Source: Clostridia bacterium (GTDB lineage Bacteria; Bacillota; Clostridia; CAKSNL01; HGM11501). Taken from it: 64,000 nt of DNA. The notes beneath the pieces were generated by a model. That model ran no database searches. It was not told the DNA's origin and saw only the letters and a list, made by a program, of their open reading frames with translations. Positions 50,524 to 60,247 of the stretch are shown piece by piece. The translations under genes and the position numbers were made by a program. Positions within the stretch are counted from its first letter, which is position 1. The number at the start of each line of letters is the position of its first letter. The stretch covers positions 128,710-192,709 of the forward strand of contig JBGVKY010000014.1 in NCBI GenBank assembly GCA_045123995.1, given 5' to 3'.

Positions 50524-51312
50524 TTGAATATTATTGTTTGTATAAAGCAGGTTCCCGGCACAAACAAGGTAGAGGTTGACGAAAAGACGGGGGTATTAAA
50601 AAGAAGCGGAGTCGATTCCAAAATGAACCCCTATGATTTATATGCCCTGGAAACAGCTCTCAGATTAAAAGAGGAAATGGGGGGCAAGGTTACTGTTATA
50701 ACCATGGGACCCCCTCAGGCAAAGGAAGTTATCATGGAGGCTTTTTCCATGGGAGCGGATGAAGGATATCTCCTTACGGACAGAAACTTTGCGGGAGCAG
50801 ACGTTCTTGCTACAAGCAAAGCGATTTCAGAGGGTATTAAGAAAATAGGAGAATATGACCTTATCATATGTGGAAAGCAGACAACCGATGGAGATACTGC
50901 TCAGGTAGGAGCAGAAACGGCAGAATGGCTTAAAATTCCTTCTGTATCAAACGTTTCAAAAATTATATCCTGCTCAGATAAAGCCGTTACGGTTGAAATT
51001 GAAATGGAAAATGTAACGCAGACTACAGAAATAATTTGTCCCTGTCTGATAAGCGTGGATAAAGATATTTATGTTCCGCGCCTGCCTTCGTATCTTAAAA
51101 AGCAGGCATCTTTAAAAAGGGAATTTCATGTTATTACCATGGAAGATCTTGAAGATAATGATAAAAATACATACGGGCTTTCAGGCTCTCCTACCCAGGT
51201 GAAATCCATATTTCCTCCGGAGGGTAAGGGTGACAGAGAATTGTGGGAAGAAGGTAATGAAGAACTTACACAAAAGATTTATTCAAAGCTCAAAGAACTT
51301 AAATTCATATAA
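50524..51312 (+). CDS. etfB: electron transfer flavoprotein beta subunit (bifurcating-type, LctB/FixA-like)
   Basis: MNIIVCIKQVP start. TTG start 8 nt after the GAGGAGGG ribosome-binding site. Confidence 0.85.
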   Translation: MNIIVCIKQVPGTNKVEVDEKTGVLKRSGVDSKMNPYDLYALETALRLKEEMGGKVTVITMGPPQAKEVIMEAFSMGADEGYLLTDRNFAGADVLATSKAISEGIKKIGEYDLIICGKQTTDGDTAQVGAETAEWLKIPSVSNVSKIISCSDKAVTVEIEMENVTQTTEIICPCLISVDKDIYVPRLPSYLKKQASLKREFHVITMEDLEDNDKNTYGLSGSPTQVKSIFPPEGKGDRELWEEGNEELTQKIYSKLKELKFI

Positions 51313-51324
51313 GGAGGAGTTTTG

Positions 51325-52509
51325 ATGGCTTTTCTTACATTTAATAGAGAAAAAATAAAAAACTTTGAAGAGTTTAAAAAGCTCTGTCCTTTTTCAGCAA
51401 TAACAGAGGAAAACGGACAGATTATAGCCACTTCTGCATGTAAAATGTGTAAGCTGTGTATTAAAAAAGGCCCCGAGGGTGCAGCAGTTTTAGTGGAAGA
51501 CGAAATAAAAACCGTTGACAAATCTCTCTGGAAAAATATATGTGTGTATGTTGAACATAATGAGGGAGAGATCCATCCGGTAACTTACGAGCTTATAGGT
51601 AAGGCAAGAACCCTGGCGGAAAAAATAGGTCAGGAAGTTATTTGTCTTTTTATCGGAAGTGACATTATAAAAAGTGCAAAGGAGCTTCTTCATTACGGAG
51701 TTGCCGGAGTCTATGTTTATGATAATCCTAAATTAAAGCACTATGTAACAGAAAGTTATACAAAAGTTTTTGAGGATTTTATAAATGAAAATAAGCCCGG
51801 ATCAATTTTGGTGGGAGCAACAAGTGTGGGAAGACAGCTGGCTCCAAGGGTTGCTGCACGCTTTAAGACCGGACTTACCGCTGACTGCACAATATTGGAT
51901 ATAGAAGAAAATTCAGACCTTGTTCAGATACGACCTGCATTTGGCGGAAATATTATGGCAGAAATTCACACGCCTAATAACCGTCCGCAGATTGCCACTG
52001 TGAGATATAAGGTGATGAATGCACCTGAAAGGTCCGATGAGGCAAAAGGTGAAATAATTGAAAAAAAGGTGGATGAAGAAAGCTTAGTATCAGGAATAAA
52101 AGTCTTAGGTGTAAAGAAAAAAGAAAAAGCAAAAGGTATTGAGAATGCCGATATAATTGTAGCTGTGGGACGAGGAATCAAGAGCAAGGAAGATATTGGG
52201 TTAATCCGTGAACTTGCTGATGCTCTGGGTGCAAGCCTTGCTTCAAGCCGTCCTTTGGTTGAAGCAGGATGGATGGAAGCAGGATGCCAGATTGGTTTGA
52301 GCGGAAGAATCGTAAGACCAAAGCTTATAATAACCTGCGGAATATCGGGCGCTGTACAGTTTTCGGCAGGAATGAACAATTCTGATGTGATATTTGCTAT
52401 TAACAGTGACGAAAAAGCACCTATATTCAAGGTGGCAGATTACGGAATAGTGGGAGACTTATATAAAATAGTACCTGCCCTTACCAGAATGATAAAGGAG
52501 GGAAAATGA
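51325..52509 (+). CDS. etfA: electron transfer flavoprotein alpha subunit with an N-terminal [4Fe-4S] ferredoxin-like domain (LctC/FixB-like)
   Basis: The N-terminus has CP...CKMCKLC (4 Cys); the C-terminus is the EtfA FAD domain ([12 protein letters not shown]). Confidence 0.85.
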   Translation: MAFLTFNREKIKNFEEFKKLCPFSAITEENGQIIATSACKMCKLCIKKGPEGAAVLVEDEIKTVDKSLWKNICVYVEHNEGEIHPVTYELIGKARTLAEKIGQEVICLFIGSDIIKSAKELLHYGVAGVYVYDNPKLKHYVTESYTKVFEDFINENKPGSILVGATSVGRQLAPRVAARFKTGLTADCTILDIEENSDLVQIRPAFGGNIMAEIHTPNNRPQIATVRYKVMNAPERSDEAKGEIIEKKVDEESLVSGIKVLGVKKKEKAKGIENADIIVAVGRGIKSKEDIGLIRELADALGASLASSRPLVEAGWMEAGCQIGLSGRIVRPKLIITCGISGAVQFSAGMNNSDVIFAINSDEKAPIFKVADYGIVGDLYKIVPALTRMIKEGK

Positions 52510-53897
52510 TGTTTGCCTTTGAAGACTATAAGAAGATAGCTTCCTTCATAGAGGAATCCGAAAGAGTGCTTTATGAAGATGCTATTCCCGAAGAATATTC
52601 CCATGATGAGCTGGGCGGAACTTTTTCAAAACCCTCGGTAGTTGTCAGGGTGACAAAAGAGGAAGAAATTATTGATATAGTGAAATATGCTTATGAAAAT
52701 GAAATTCCCGTAACGGCACGTGGTAGCGGCACCGGACTTGTAGGCTCATCTGTGCCTGTAAGGGGAGGGATAGTTCTTGATTTTTCCCTTATGAATAAAA
52801 TACTTGAACTTGATGAGGAAAATTTAACTGTTACGGTAGAGCCCGGGGTTTTGCTTATGGAGCTTTCTGCCTTCGTTGAAGAAAAAGGTCTTTTCTATCC
52901 TCCTGACCCGGGAGAGAAAACTGCCACAATAGGCGGTAATGTAAGTACCAATGCGGGTGGAATGAGAGCAGTAAAATACGGGGTTACAAGAGATTATGTA
53001 AGAGCTCTTGACGTTGTTTTGTCAGACGGTAGAAAGGTTACGTTTGGCGGAAAAATTGTTAAAAACAGTTCAGGTTATGCACTTAAGGATTTAATGGTAG
53101 GATCTGAAGGAACGCTCGGCATAATAACTAAAATCACTCTTAAGCTTCTACCCAAGCCCCAGAAAACAATAAGTCTTTTGATACCGTTCCCCTCTCTTAA
53201 AGAGGCGATTGATACGGTTCCTCTGATTATAAAATCCAAGGCTGTTCCGACAGCTGTTGAGTTCATGCAAAGGGAAGTAATAGAGGATGCTGAAAATTAT
53301 CTGGGCACAAAATTTCCCGATACTTCATCAGAAGCTTATCTATTGCTTAAATTCGATGGGGCAAGCAAAGAGGAAATAGAAAGTTCCTATGATTCTGTGG
53401 CAAAGGTATGTTTGGAGCAGGGGGCAAAGGATATTTTTATTTCGGATACCGAGGAGAGAGACGAAACTATCTGGAAAGCAAGAGGAGCGTTTTTGGAAGC
53501 CATAAAAAATTCCACATCTGATATGGATGAAGTGGATGTGGTTGTTCCCAGAAACAGGGTGAACGAAATGGTGGAATTTTCCCACGAGCTTCAGAAAAAA
53601 GTAGGAGCCAGAATTAAAAGCTTCGGCCATGCAGGAGACGGAAATTTACATATCTATGTTCTTAAAGATGACCTAAAAGACGATACATGGGAGAAGGTTC
53701 TTTCCTCTGCCATGGACGAAATGTATAAAAAGGCAGGAGAACTTAAGGGCGCGGTATCAGGAGAACATGGAATTGGCTATGCTAAAAAGCCTTATCTTAA
53801 GGATATGATCCCGGAAGAAACAATTGAGCTTATGAGGGGGATTAAGAAGGTGTTTGACCCTAAGAATATCCTTAACCCCGAAAAAATATTTGACTGA
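52506..53897 (+). CDS. FAD-dependent (GlcD-like) lactate dehydrogenase / FAD-linked oxidase
   Basis: FAD_binding_4 motifs ([16 protein letters not shown]) and the VAO-type C-terminal domain; translationally coupled to etfA. Confidence 0.75.
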   Translation: MMFAFEDYKKIASFIEESERVLYEDAIPEEYSHDELGGTFSKPSVVVRVTKEEEIIDIVKYAYENEIPVTARGSGTGLVGSSVPVRGGIVLDFSLMNKILELDEENLTVTVEPGVLLMELSAFVEEKGLFYPPDPGEKTATIGGNVSTNAGGMRAVKYGVTRDYVRALDVVLSDGRKVTFGGKIVKNSSGYALKDLMVGSEGTLGIITKITLKLLPKPQKTISLLIPFPSLKEAIDTVPLIIKSKAVPTAVEFMQREVIEDAENYLGTKFPDTSSEAYLLLKFDGASKEEIESSYDSVAKVCLEQGAKDIFISDTEERDETIWKARGAFLEAIKNSTSDMDEVDVVVPRNRVNEMVEFSHELQKKVGARIKSFGHAGDGNLHIYVLKDDLKDDTWEKVLSSAMDEMYKKAGELKGAVSGEHGIGYAKKPYLKDMIPEETIELMRGIKKVFDPKNILNPEKIFD

Positions 53898-53898
53898 C

Positions 53899-53939
53899 AA
53901 AAAACGCACTTTTGAAATTACATCAAAAGTGCGTTTTTA
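53899..53939 (+). terminator. rho-independent terminator
   Basis: 14-bp AAACGCACTTTTGA stem followed by TTTTT. Confidence 0.75.
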
Positions 53940-53940
53940 T

Positions 53941-53969
53941 TTGACTAATCTTTCATTTTATGCTATACT
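53941..53969 (+). promoter_or_regulatory. sigma-A type promoter
   Basis: TTGACT, 17 nt, then TATACT. Confidence 0.45.
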
Positions 53970-54004
53970 GAAATTTGTCGCAAAAGGTAAAGGAGGCGAT
54001 TTTT

Positions 54005-54436
54005 TTGAAAAAGGATATTATTATATCAATCCGTGGTGTATTTACGGACCAGGAAGAGGAAAATGACGATATAGAGCTGGTAACAAGCGGAAAATACTAC
54101 GAAAGAAACGGAAAGAAATATATTATATACGACGAAAGTCAAGTTACGGGTTTTGGCGAAGGAACACAGACTATGCTTAAAATTGATGGAGATGTTGTGA
54201 CCATGTCAAGAAACGGAAAAGCAGGCGGAAACACTCACATGGTTTTTGAAAAAGGGAAAACCCACCTGGGACACTATGAAACCCCTTACGGAAGCTTTAC
54301 GGTAAGTACCATTACGGATAAAATGAAAGTGGAAATAGGAGATAAGGACGGAGAGGTGCAGATTGACTATTTTATAGATGTCAACAATGTTCCTCAGTCG
54401 GCAAACTCTCTTTCTATGACCATAAGGGAAGCATGA
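54005..54436 (+). CDS. DUF1934-family (YwiB-like) beta-barrel protein
   Basis: TTG start 8 nt after AGGAGG; MKKDIIISIRGV... HYETPYGSF matches my recollection of the DUF1934 pattern. Confidence 0.5.
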   Translation: MKKDIIISIRGVFTDQEEENDDIELVTSGKYYERNGKKYIIYDESQVTGFGEGTQTMLKIDGDVVTMSRNGKAGGNTHMVFEKGKTHLGHYETPYGSFTVSTITDKMKVEIGDKDGEVQIDYFIDVNNVPQSANSLSMTIREA

Positions 54437-55164
54437 TGAAAGGACAGATTTTTAATTTGGCAAAGTCCTTAAAAAAGGAAATACTTGCCTTCAAGGAAAA
54501 TAAAGACGGTCTTTCATTTTATACAGCAAGCCTTGAGAAAGTTCCTGAAAATGAAGATATAAGGATTGAAAAAACAGGGGTGTTCACAAATTTCTACCCC
54601 TGTGACCAATGGCTTTTGAAAGTGGCAGAGAGTTTTTTGAATAATCCTCCTCCGGATTTTACTCCCTGCAGGGACAAGGAAGAAACACTTGAAAGAATTT
54701 TTCGTTTATGTAAAGAGTATACGGGCGAAGAAGAAATCAAAAAAACATTCAAAAACCATGAAGGATTAGACCCTCTTCATTACATGGAGGAGGGTGTGAG
54801 AGACAAAAAAGACAGAAAGAGAAAATTTGACGATTCTGACACATCTTTCTTTTTGTACCGCGTGAAAAAGATTGCTGACAGCGTAGAGGGAGACGGAGTT
54901 TTTCTTTCTGAAAGCGGAAAAAAACTTCTTCTGTCTTTGGCATTTTTAGAAAAAGATATGGTAAGATGCGTAAAAAGAGGGGACACGAATGTCCTTTTTA
55001 AAAGAGCGGAAGATGCGGCTAATAAATATCTGGATTATTACTATGACGAAGATGCGGATTTTCTGGGGAAAGGAAAAATAAGCCGTGCATTCGGGAATTT
55101 TTTAAAGGTTATTTTCTTTTTATCGGGTTCAAACGCTTTACAAGATGATAAATTTATTGTATAA
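54433..55164 (+). CDS. hypothetical charged cytoplasmic protein
   Basis: 243 aa with an ATGA overlap with the DUF1934 gene; no recognised motif. Confidence 0.4.
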   Translation: MMKGQIFNLAKSLKKEILAFKENKDGLSFYTASLEKVPENEDIRIEKTGVFTNFYPCDQWLLKVAESFLNNPPPDFTPCRDKEETLERIFRLCKEYTGEEEIKKTFKNHEGLDPLHYMEEGVRDKKDRKRKFDDSDTSFFLYRVKKIADSVEGDGVFLSESGKKLLLSLAFLEKDMVRCVKRGDTNVLFKRAEDAANKYLDYYYDEDADFLGKGKISRAFGNFLKVIFFLSGSNALQDDKFIV

Positions 55165-55198
55165 TATCAAGATAGATTAAGCAAAAGGAGAAATACTA

Positions 55199-56926
55199 AT
55201 GAAAAAGTTAATGCTTGGAAATCACGCCGTAGCACAGGGTGCTTACGAGGCGGGTGTAAAGGTTGCTTCTGCATACCCCGGGACACCCAGCACAGAAATA
55301 ATGGAATTTATGGCAACACTTCCTTGCCCTCATGTGGAATGGGCTCCTAACGAAAAGGTTGCACTTGAAACAGCGATAGGTTCATCCCTGGGAGGAGGAA
55401 GAGCAATCTGTGCCATGAAGCACGTTGGTCTTAACGTGGCAGCAGACCCCTTGTTTACAGCTTCTTATACAGGAGTAAACGGAGGTCTTGTTATATGTGT
55501 TGCAGACGATCCCGGTATGCATAGCTCTCAGAATGAGCAAGACAGCAGAAACTATGCAAGAGCGTCAAAGGTAATTATGCTTGAACCCTCTGACAGTGCC
55601 GAATGCTATGAATTTACAAAGAAAGCCTTTGAAATAAGCGAAAAATTCGACCTTCCGGTTATTTTAAGACTTTCAACAAGAGTTTCTCACTCCCAGAGTC
55701 TTGTTGAAACAGGAGAGAGAATTGAAGTTTCCAAGGAATATGTAAAAGACCCTATAAAGAATGTAATGATGCCTGCTATGGCAAAACGCCGTCATCCTGT
55801 GCTTGAAGAACTTCTTAAGGATGCAGCGGCATATTCAGATACATCCGACCTTAACAAAGTAGAATATAACTCAAAGAAAATCGGTGTAATCACCAGCGGA
55901 ATCTCCTATCAGTATGCAAAGGAAGCTCTGGGAGACAAGGTGTCTTACTTAAAGCTTGGCATGGTTTATCCTTTCTGCGACAATCTTATTAAGGAATTTG
56001 CTAAAAAGGTTAAAAAATGCTATGTGATAGAAGAACTTGACCCATTCTTAGAAGAGCACATAAAGTCAATGGGAATAAAGGTAATAGGAAAAGAAGCTTT
56101 CTCCTTAATCGGTGAATACAGTGCTGATATAGTGAGAGAGGCGGTTTTGGGAGAAAAAGCTCCTAAGGCGGTTAAATCTGAGGAGGCTATTCCCATGCGT
56201 CCTCCCGTGCTTTGTGCAGGCTGCCCTCACAGAGGAACTTTCTATGCATTAAAATCCCTGGGACTCAGGGTTTGCGGTGATATCGGATGCTACACTTTAG
56301 GAACTCTTGAACCCTTAAGCTCCGTTGATGCCTGTGTGTGCATGGGCGCGTCAATCGGTCTTGCTCACGGTATGGATAAGGCAGATCCCGAAGCTTCTGG
56401 AAAGACTGTTGCTGTTCTTGGGGACTCTACATTTATGCACAGCGGTATAACTGGACTTATAAATGTTGTTTACAATAAAGGTAATTCAACGGTTATAATT
56501 TTGGATAACTCCATTACAGGTATGACAGGCCATCAGGATAATCCTCTTACAGGAAAGACCATAAGAGGAGAGGCTGCTCCCCAGGTTGATTTGGTTAAGC
56601 TTTGTGAAGCTATCGGAGTTCCAAATATCAGAGTTGAAGATCCATTTGATCTTAAAGCTTTCAAAGAAGCAGTAAAAGAAGAGGTTGCAAAGAAAGAGCC
56701 TTCAGTTATTATTGCACAAAGACCCTGTGCCCTTTTAAAGAGTGTTAAGTATGAGGGTAAAATGACAGTTACATCCGACTGCGTAAAGTGTAAGCTTTGC
56801 CTTAAAATCGGATGCCCTGCCATAAGCTTCGACGGTGAAAAAATCAATATTGACAAGACTCAGTGTAACGGATGCGGCTATTGTTCACAGCTTTGTGCCA
56901 AGGGCGCATTGAAGCTTGAGAAATAA
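55199..56926 (+). CDS. iorA: indolepyruvate:ferredoxin oxidoreductase alpha subunit
   Basis: TPP-binding GDSTF..GITG and a C-terminal 2x[4Fe-4S] motif (CVKCKLC..GCP, CNGCGYC). Confidence 0.85.
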   Translation: MKKLMLGNHAVAQGAYEAGVKVASAYPGTPSTEIMEFMATLPCPHVEWAPNEKVALETAIGSSLGGGRAICAMKHVGLNVAADPLFTASYTGVNGGLVICVADDPGMHSSQNEQDSRNYARASKVIMLEPSDSAECYEFTKKAFEISEKFDLPVILRLSTRVSHSQSLVETGERIEVSKEYVKDPIKNVMMPAMAKRRHPVLEELLKDAAAYSDTSDLNKVEYNSKKIGVITSGISYQYAKEALGDKVSYLKLGMVYPFCDNLIKEFAKKVKKCYVIEELDPFLEEHIKSMGIKVIGKEAFSLIGEYSADIVREAVLGEKAPKAVKSEEAIPMRPPVLCAGCPHRGTFYALKSLGLRVCGDIGCYTLGTLEPLSSVDACVCMGASIGLAHGMDKADPEASGKTVAVLGDSTFMHSGITGLINVVYNKGNSTVIILDNSITGMTGHQDNPLTGKTIRGEAAPQVDLVKLCEAIGVPNIRVEDPFDLKAFKEAVKEEVAKKEPSVIIAQRPCALLKSVKYEGKMTVTSDCVKCKLCLKIGCPAISFDGEKINIDKTQCNGCGYCSQLCAKGALKLEK

Positions 56927-56939
56927 GGAGGGTATGAGG

Positions 56940-57512
56940 ATGAATACTTCAATTATGATAGTTGGTGTAGGCGGTCAGGGTACACTCCTTGCCAGCAGGA
57001 TTTTAGGTAATGTGGCAATTAAAATGGGATATGACGTTAAAGTCAGCGAGGTTCACGGAATGAGCCAGAGAGGCGGAAGCGTCGTAACTTATGTAAGATA
57101 TGGCGAGGGAGAAGTGGCTTCTCCTGTAATCGGTCAGGGCAGCGCAGATATAATCATGGCATTTGAGGAGCTTGAAGCTTTAAGAAGCCTTGAATTCTTA
57201 AAAGACGGCGGCCATCTTTTGGTTAACACCCAGAATATTGACCCCATGCCGGTTATTATAGGAAAAGCAAAATATCCCGAGGCAATAATCGAAAAAATAA
57301 AGGACTTAAAGGTTGATATAACCACTCTTGACGCCCTGAAGCTTGCTGAAGAAGCAGGAAGCTCTAAGGCTGTAAACGTGGTTTTAATCGGTCTTTTGGC
57401 TAAAAATACAGATATCTCAAAAGAAATCTGGGAAGAAGTAATTAAAGAAACAGTTCCGGAGAAATTCTTGGATGTTAACCTCAAGGCTTTTTCCTTGGGA
57501 TATGAGGCGTAA
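56940..57512 (+). CDS. iorB: indolepyruvate:ferredoxin oxidoreductase beta subunit
   Basis: IMIVGVGGQG and the pyruvate/ketoisovalerate oxidoreductase gamma-like fold. GGAGGG ribosome-binding site. Confidence 0.8.
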   Translation: MNTSIMIVGVGGQGTLLASRILGNVAIKMGYDVKVSEVHGMSQRGGSVVTYVRYGEGEVASPVIGQGSADIIMAFEELEALRSLEFLKDGGHLLVNTQNIDPMPVIIGKAKYPEAIIEKIKDLKVDITTLDALKLAEEAGSSKAVNVVLIGLLAKNTDISKEIWEEVIKETVPEKFLDVNLKAFSLGYEA

Positions 57513-57515
57513 AAA

Positions 57516-58769
57516 ATGCTTGAAAAAATATATACTTTTTCAAATAAGACTCTTGAAATAACAAAAGAAGCCGAAGAAAGAATTGAGGAAAAATTTTCTG
57601 AAATTGAGAAGGTCTGCTTATACAATCAGGCAAAAGTCATGAAGGCTTTTTCAGAAAACAGAATAAGTGCGGCACATCTTAACGGAAGTACCGGCTATGG
57701 CTATGACGATATGGGAAGAGATGCCTTAGATAGAGTTTATGCCGATGTTTTCGAGGCTGAGGATGCTATTGTGAGATACACAATGGTTTCTGGAACACAC
57801 GCTATTTCCACGGCACTTTTTGCCTGCCTTCGTCCCGGGGACAAGCTTTTAGCGGTTACCGGTAAACCCTATGACACCTTTGACGGCGTTATAGGACTTG
57901 ACGGCAATAAAAACGGCTCCTTGATGGATTTCGGTGTACTTTATGACCAGGTGGATCTGATAGACGGAAAGGCGGATATAGACGGGATAAAAAAATACCT
58001 TGAAAAAGAAAAGGTAAAGATGGTTCATATTCAGCGTTCAAGAGGATATGAATGGGATCATGACATTACCTTGAGCGAAATTGAAAAGGTGATAAAGGCG
58101 GTTAAAAGTATAAGTCCCGACACCATATGCTTTGTGGATAACTGTTACGGTGAATTTGTATCGGAGCATGAGCCTACCTATTACGGTGCAGATTTGATGG
58201 CTGGCTCTTTAATAAAAAATCCCGGTGGCGGCATGGCAAAAATGGGAGGATATATTGCGGGAAGACACGACCTTGTGGAACTTTGCGGATACAGAATAAC
58301 AACCCCCGCAACAGGCAGAGAAGCAGGAGCAACCTTGGATGAATTAAGATATATTTATCAAGGGTTGTTTTTAGCTCCACATGTGGTAAGCCAGGCGTTA
58401 AAGGCGGCGCTTTTGTGTGCGTCATGCATGGAAGTTATGGGGTATCCTGCAGTTCCCGGAACCAAAGACGAAAGAACTGATATAGTTGAAGCCATAAAAT
58501 TTAACGACCCCGAAAAGCTCATTAAATTCTGTCAGGGAATTCAGAGTGGAGCACCCATCGATTCTTTTGCTCTTCCTGAGCCTTCAGATATGCCTGGTTA
58601 TTCCGACAAGGTAATTATGGCGGCAGGTGCTTTTATTCAGGGTTCTTCCATCGAATTTTCAGCTGACGGTCCCATAAGAGAACCATATATTGCATATATG
58701 CAGGGCGGTCTTACTTATGAGTCGGCAAAGATAGGGATTATGCATGCGGTAGAGCTGCTTACAAAATAA
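57516..58769 (+). CDS. YnbB-family PLP-dependent methionine gamma-lyase-like protein (also annotated as aluminium resistance protein)
   Basis: A ~417-aa fold-type I PLP enzyme of this family (GYGYDD..GR, KNPGGG). Confidence 0.7.
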   Translation: MLEKIYTFSNKTLEITKEAEERIEEKFSEIEKVCLYNQAKVMKAFSENRISAAHLNGSTGYGYDDMGRDALDRVYADVFEAEDAIVRYTMVSGTHAISTALFACLRPGDKLLAVTGKPYDTFDGVIGLDGNKNGSLMDFGVLYDQVDLIDGKADIDGIKKYLEKEKVKMVHIQRSRGYEWDHDITLSEIEKVIKAVKSISPDTICFVDNCYGEFVSEHEPTYYGADLMAGSLIKNPGGGMAKMGGYIAGRHDLVELCGYRITTPATGREAGATLDELRYIYQGLFLAPHVVSQALKAALLCASCMEVMGYPAVPGTKDERTDIVEAIKFNDPEKLIKFCQGIQSGAPIDSFALPEPSDMPGYSDKVIMAAGAFIQGSSIEFSADGPIREPYIAYMQGGLTYESAKIGIMHAVELLTK

Positions 58770-58812
58770 AAAAAGACAGGTTTTCTTTCATAGAAAAACC
58801 TGTCTTTTTTCT
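58770..58812 (+). terminator. rho-independent terminator
   Basis: AAGACAGGTTTTC / GAAAAACCTGTCTT stem followed by TTTTTT. Confidence 0.75.
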
Positions 58813-58846
58813 GTCTGAATATAAGGAAAAAATAGTAGAAATCACT

Positions 58847-58875
58847 TGCTAAAAGTTGTCTTTTGTTGTATAATA
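58847..58875 (+). promoter_or_regulatory. sigma-A type promoter
   Basis: TTGCTA, 17 nt, then TATAAT. Confidence 0.45.
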
Positions 58876-58905
58876 ATATTATTATAGTTAAAAAGAGGGT
58901 CGCTT

Positions 58906-60210
58906 ATGAAAAAAAGTAGAATTTTATCAATGGTTTTATGTTTTTTAGTTATTTTTTCAAGCCTGGTTTATGCTGTTCCTGAAGAAAATCAGGGTCAGGG
59001 AGGGCCTTTGGTTTCGGCATCCAATTATATACTTATAAATATGGATAACGGGGAGGTATTGCTTCAGCATAATGCCCATGAAAAGAAGTATCCTGCTTCC
59101 ACCACAAAGATTATGACCGCCATGCTTGCCCTTTCCAATCTTGATATGGAAGGAACTTCTACTGTAAGCAACAATGCAGTAATGTCTATTTCCTGGGACA
59201 GCAGCAAGCTGGGGCTTTACGAGGGAGAAAGCTTTAACAATTTTGACCTTATAAAGGGTATGATGGTTGTATCGGGAAATGATGCGGCAAATGTTTTGGC
59301 AGAATCAGTATCGGGAAGCGTAGATGCTTTTGTTGAGCTTATGAACAAAACTGCAAAAGATTTGGGATGTACGGGTACTCACTTCTCCAATACTCACGGA
59401 CTTACTGACGAAAGCCATTATACAACAGCATCAGACATGGCAAAGATTGCAAAAAAAGCCATGGAAAATCCTCTTTTCCGTGAAATCGTAAAAACAACTT
59501 ATTTTGAACTTCCAAAAACAGATAAATGCGATTATGTGAGAAGTTTCAATACTACAAATAACCTTCTTACAAATGCCAGAACCTCAAGCTATCTTTATTC
59601 TCCTGCAACAGGAATAAAGACCGGTTATACGGACGCTGCTCTTAACTGTCTGGTTGGCTCTGCTGAAAAAGACGGAGTAAGGCTTATAAGTGTTATTTTG
59701 GGAGCAAGCAATATTGACGGCGTTAATATGATGTACCCTGATACCAAGGCATTGATGGAGTGGGGATTTAATAACTATAAGAGCAGAACCGTTATAGAAG
59801 AAGGTAAGGCGGTAGATGAGCGTGCTATAAAATATGCAAAGGGAGAAAAGACAGTAAAGCTTGTGGCACAGGACGGTTACAATGCAGTTTTACATAAGGA
59901 TGCTGATGAGAGTCTTATTTCCACCAAGGTTTTAGTGGAAGGTCCCATAACAGCTCCTGTAACAGGCGAATGTGAACTGGGTAAAATGGAAATTTACTAC
60001 GACGGGGAATATTTAAGTGAAGTTATTCTTGTGGCAGACAAAGACTATGAATATTCCTGGTGGGCAGCATTTTTTGACACATTCGGCAAGATTTTAGGGA
60101 TTTTTGTACTTCTGGTTATACTTGCTGTGGTAGTTCTTGTAATTATACGTCAGAGAGAATATGACAAGAAAAGCAAGGAAAGAAGAAAAAAGACTGAGGA
60201 CAGAAGATAA
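58906..60210 (+). CDS. D-alanyl-D-alanine carboxypeptidase (PBP5/DacB-like), C-terminally membrane-anchored
   Basis: Signal peptide, SxxK (ASTTK), SGN, KTG, and a C-terminal transmembrane segment plus basic tail. Confidence 0.85.
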   Translation: MKKSRILSMVLCFLVIFSSLVYAVPEENQGQGGPLVSASNYILINMDNGEVLLQHNAHEKKYPASTTKIMTAMLALSNLDMEGTSTVSNNAVMSISWDSSKLGLYEGESFNNFDLIKGMMVVSGNDAANVLAESVSGSVDAFVELMNKTAKDLGCTGTHFSNTHGLTDESHYTTASDMAKIAKKAMENPLFREIVKTTYFELPKTDKCDYVRSFNTTNNLLTNARTSSYLYSPATGIKTGYTDAALNCLVGSAEKDGVRLISVILGASNIDGVNMMYPDTKALMEWGFNNYKSRTVIEEGKAVDERAIKYAKGEKTVKLVAQDGYNAVLHKDADESLISTKVLVEGPITAPVTGECELGKMEIYYDGEYLSEVILVADKDYEYSWWAAFFDTFGKILGIFVLLVILAVVVLVIIRQREYDKKSKERRKKTEDRR

Positions 60211-60247
60211 TTTATAAGGCGTATATTTTTTGAAACGGGGGATTTTC

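Noticed and set aside
51966-52430. Minus-strand 154-aa ORF within etfA
   Set aside because: Antisense to the conserved EtfA FAD-binding domain.
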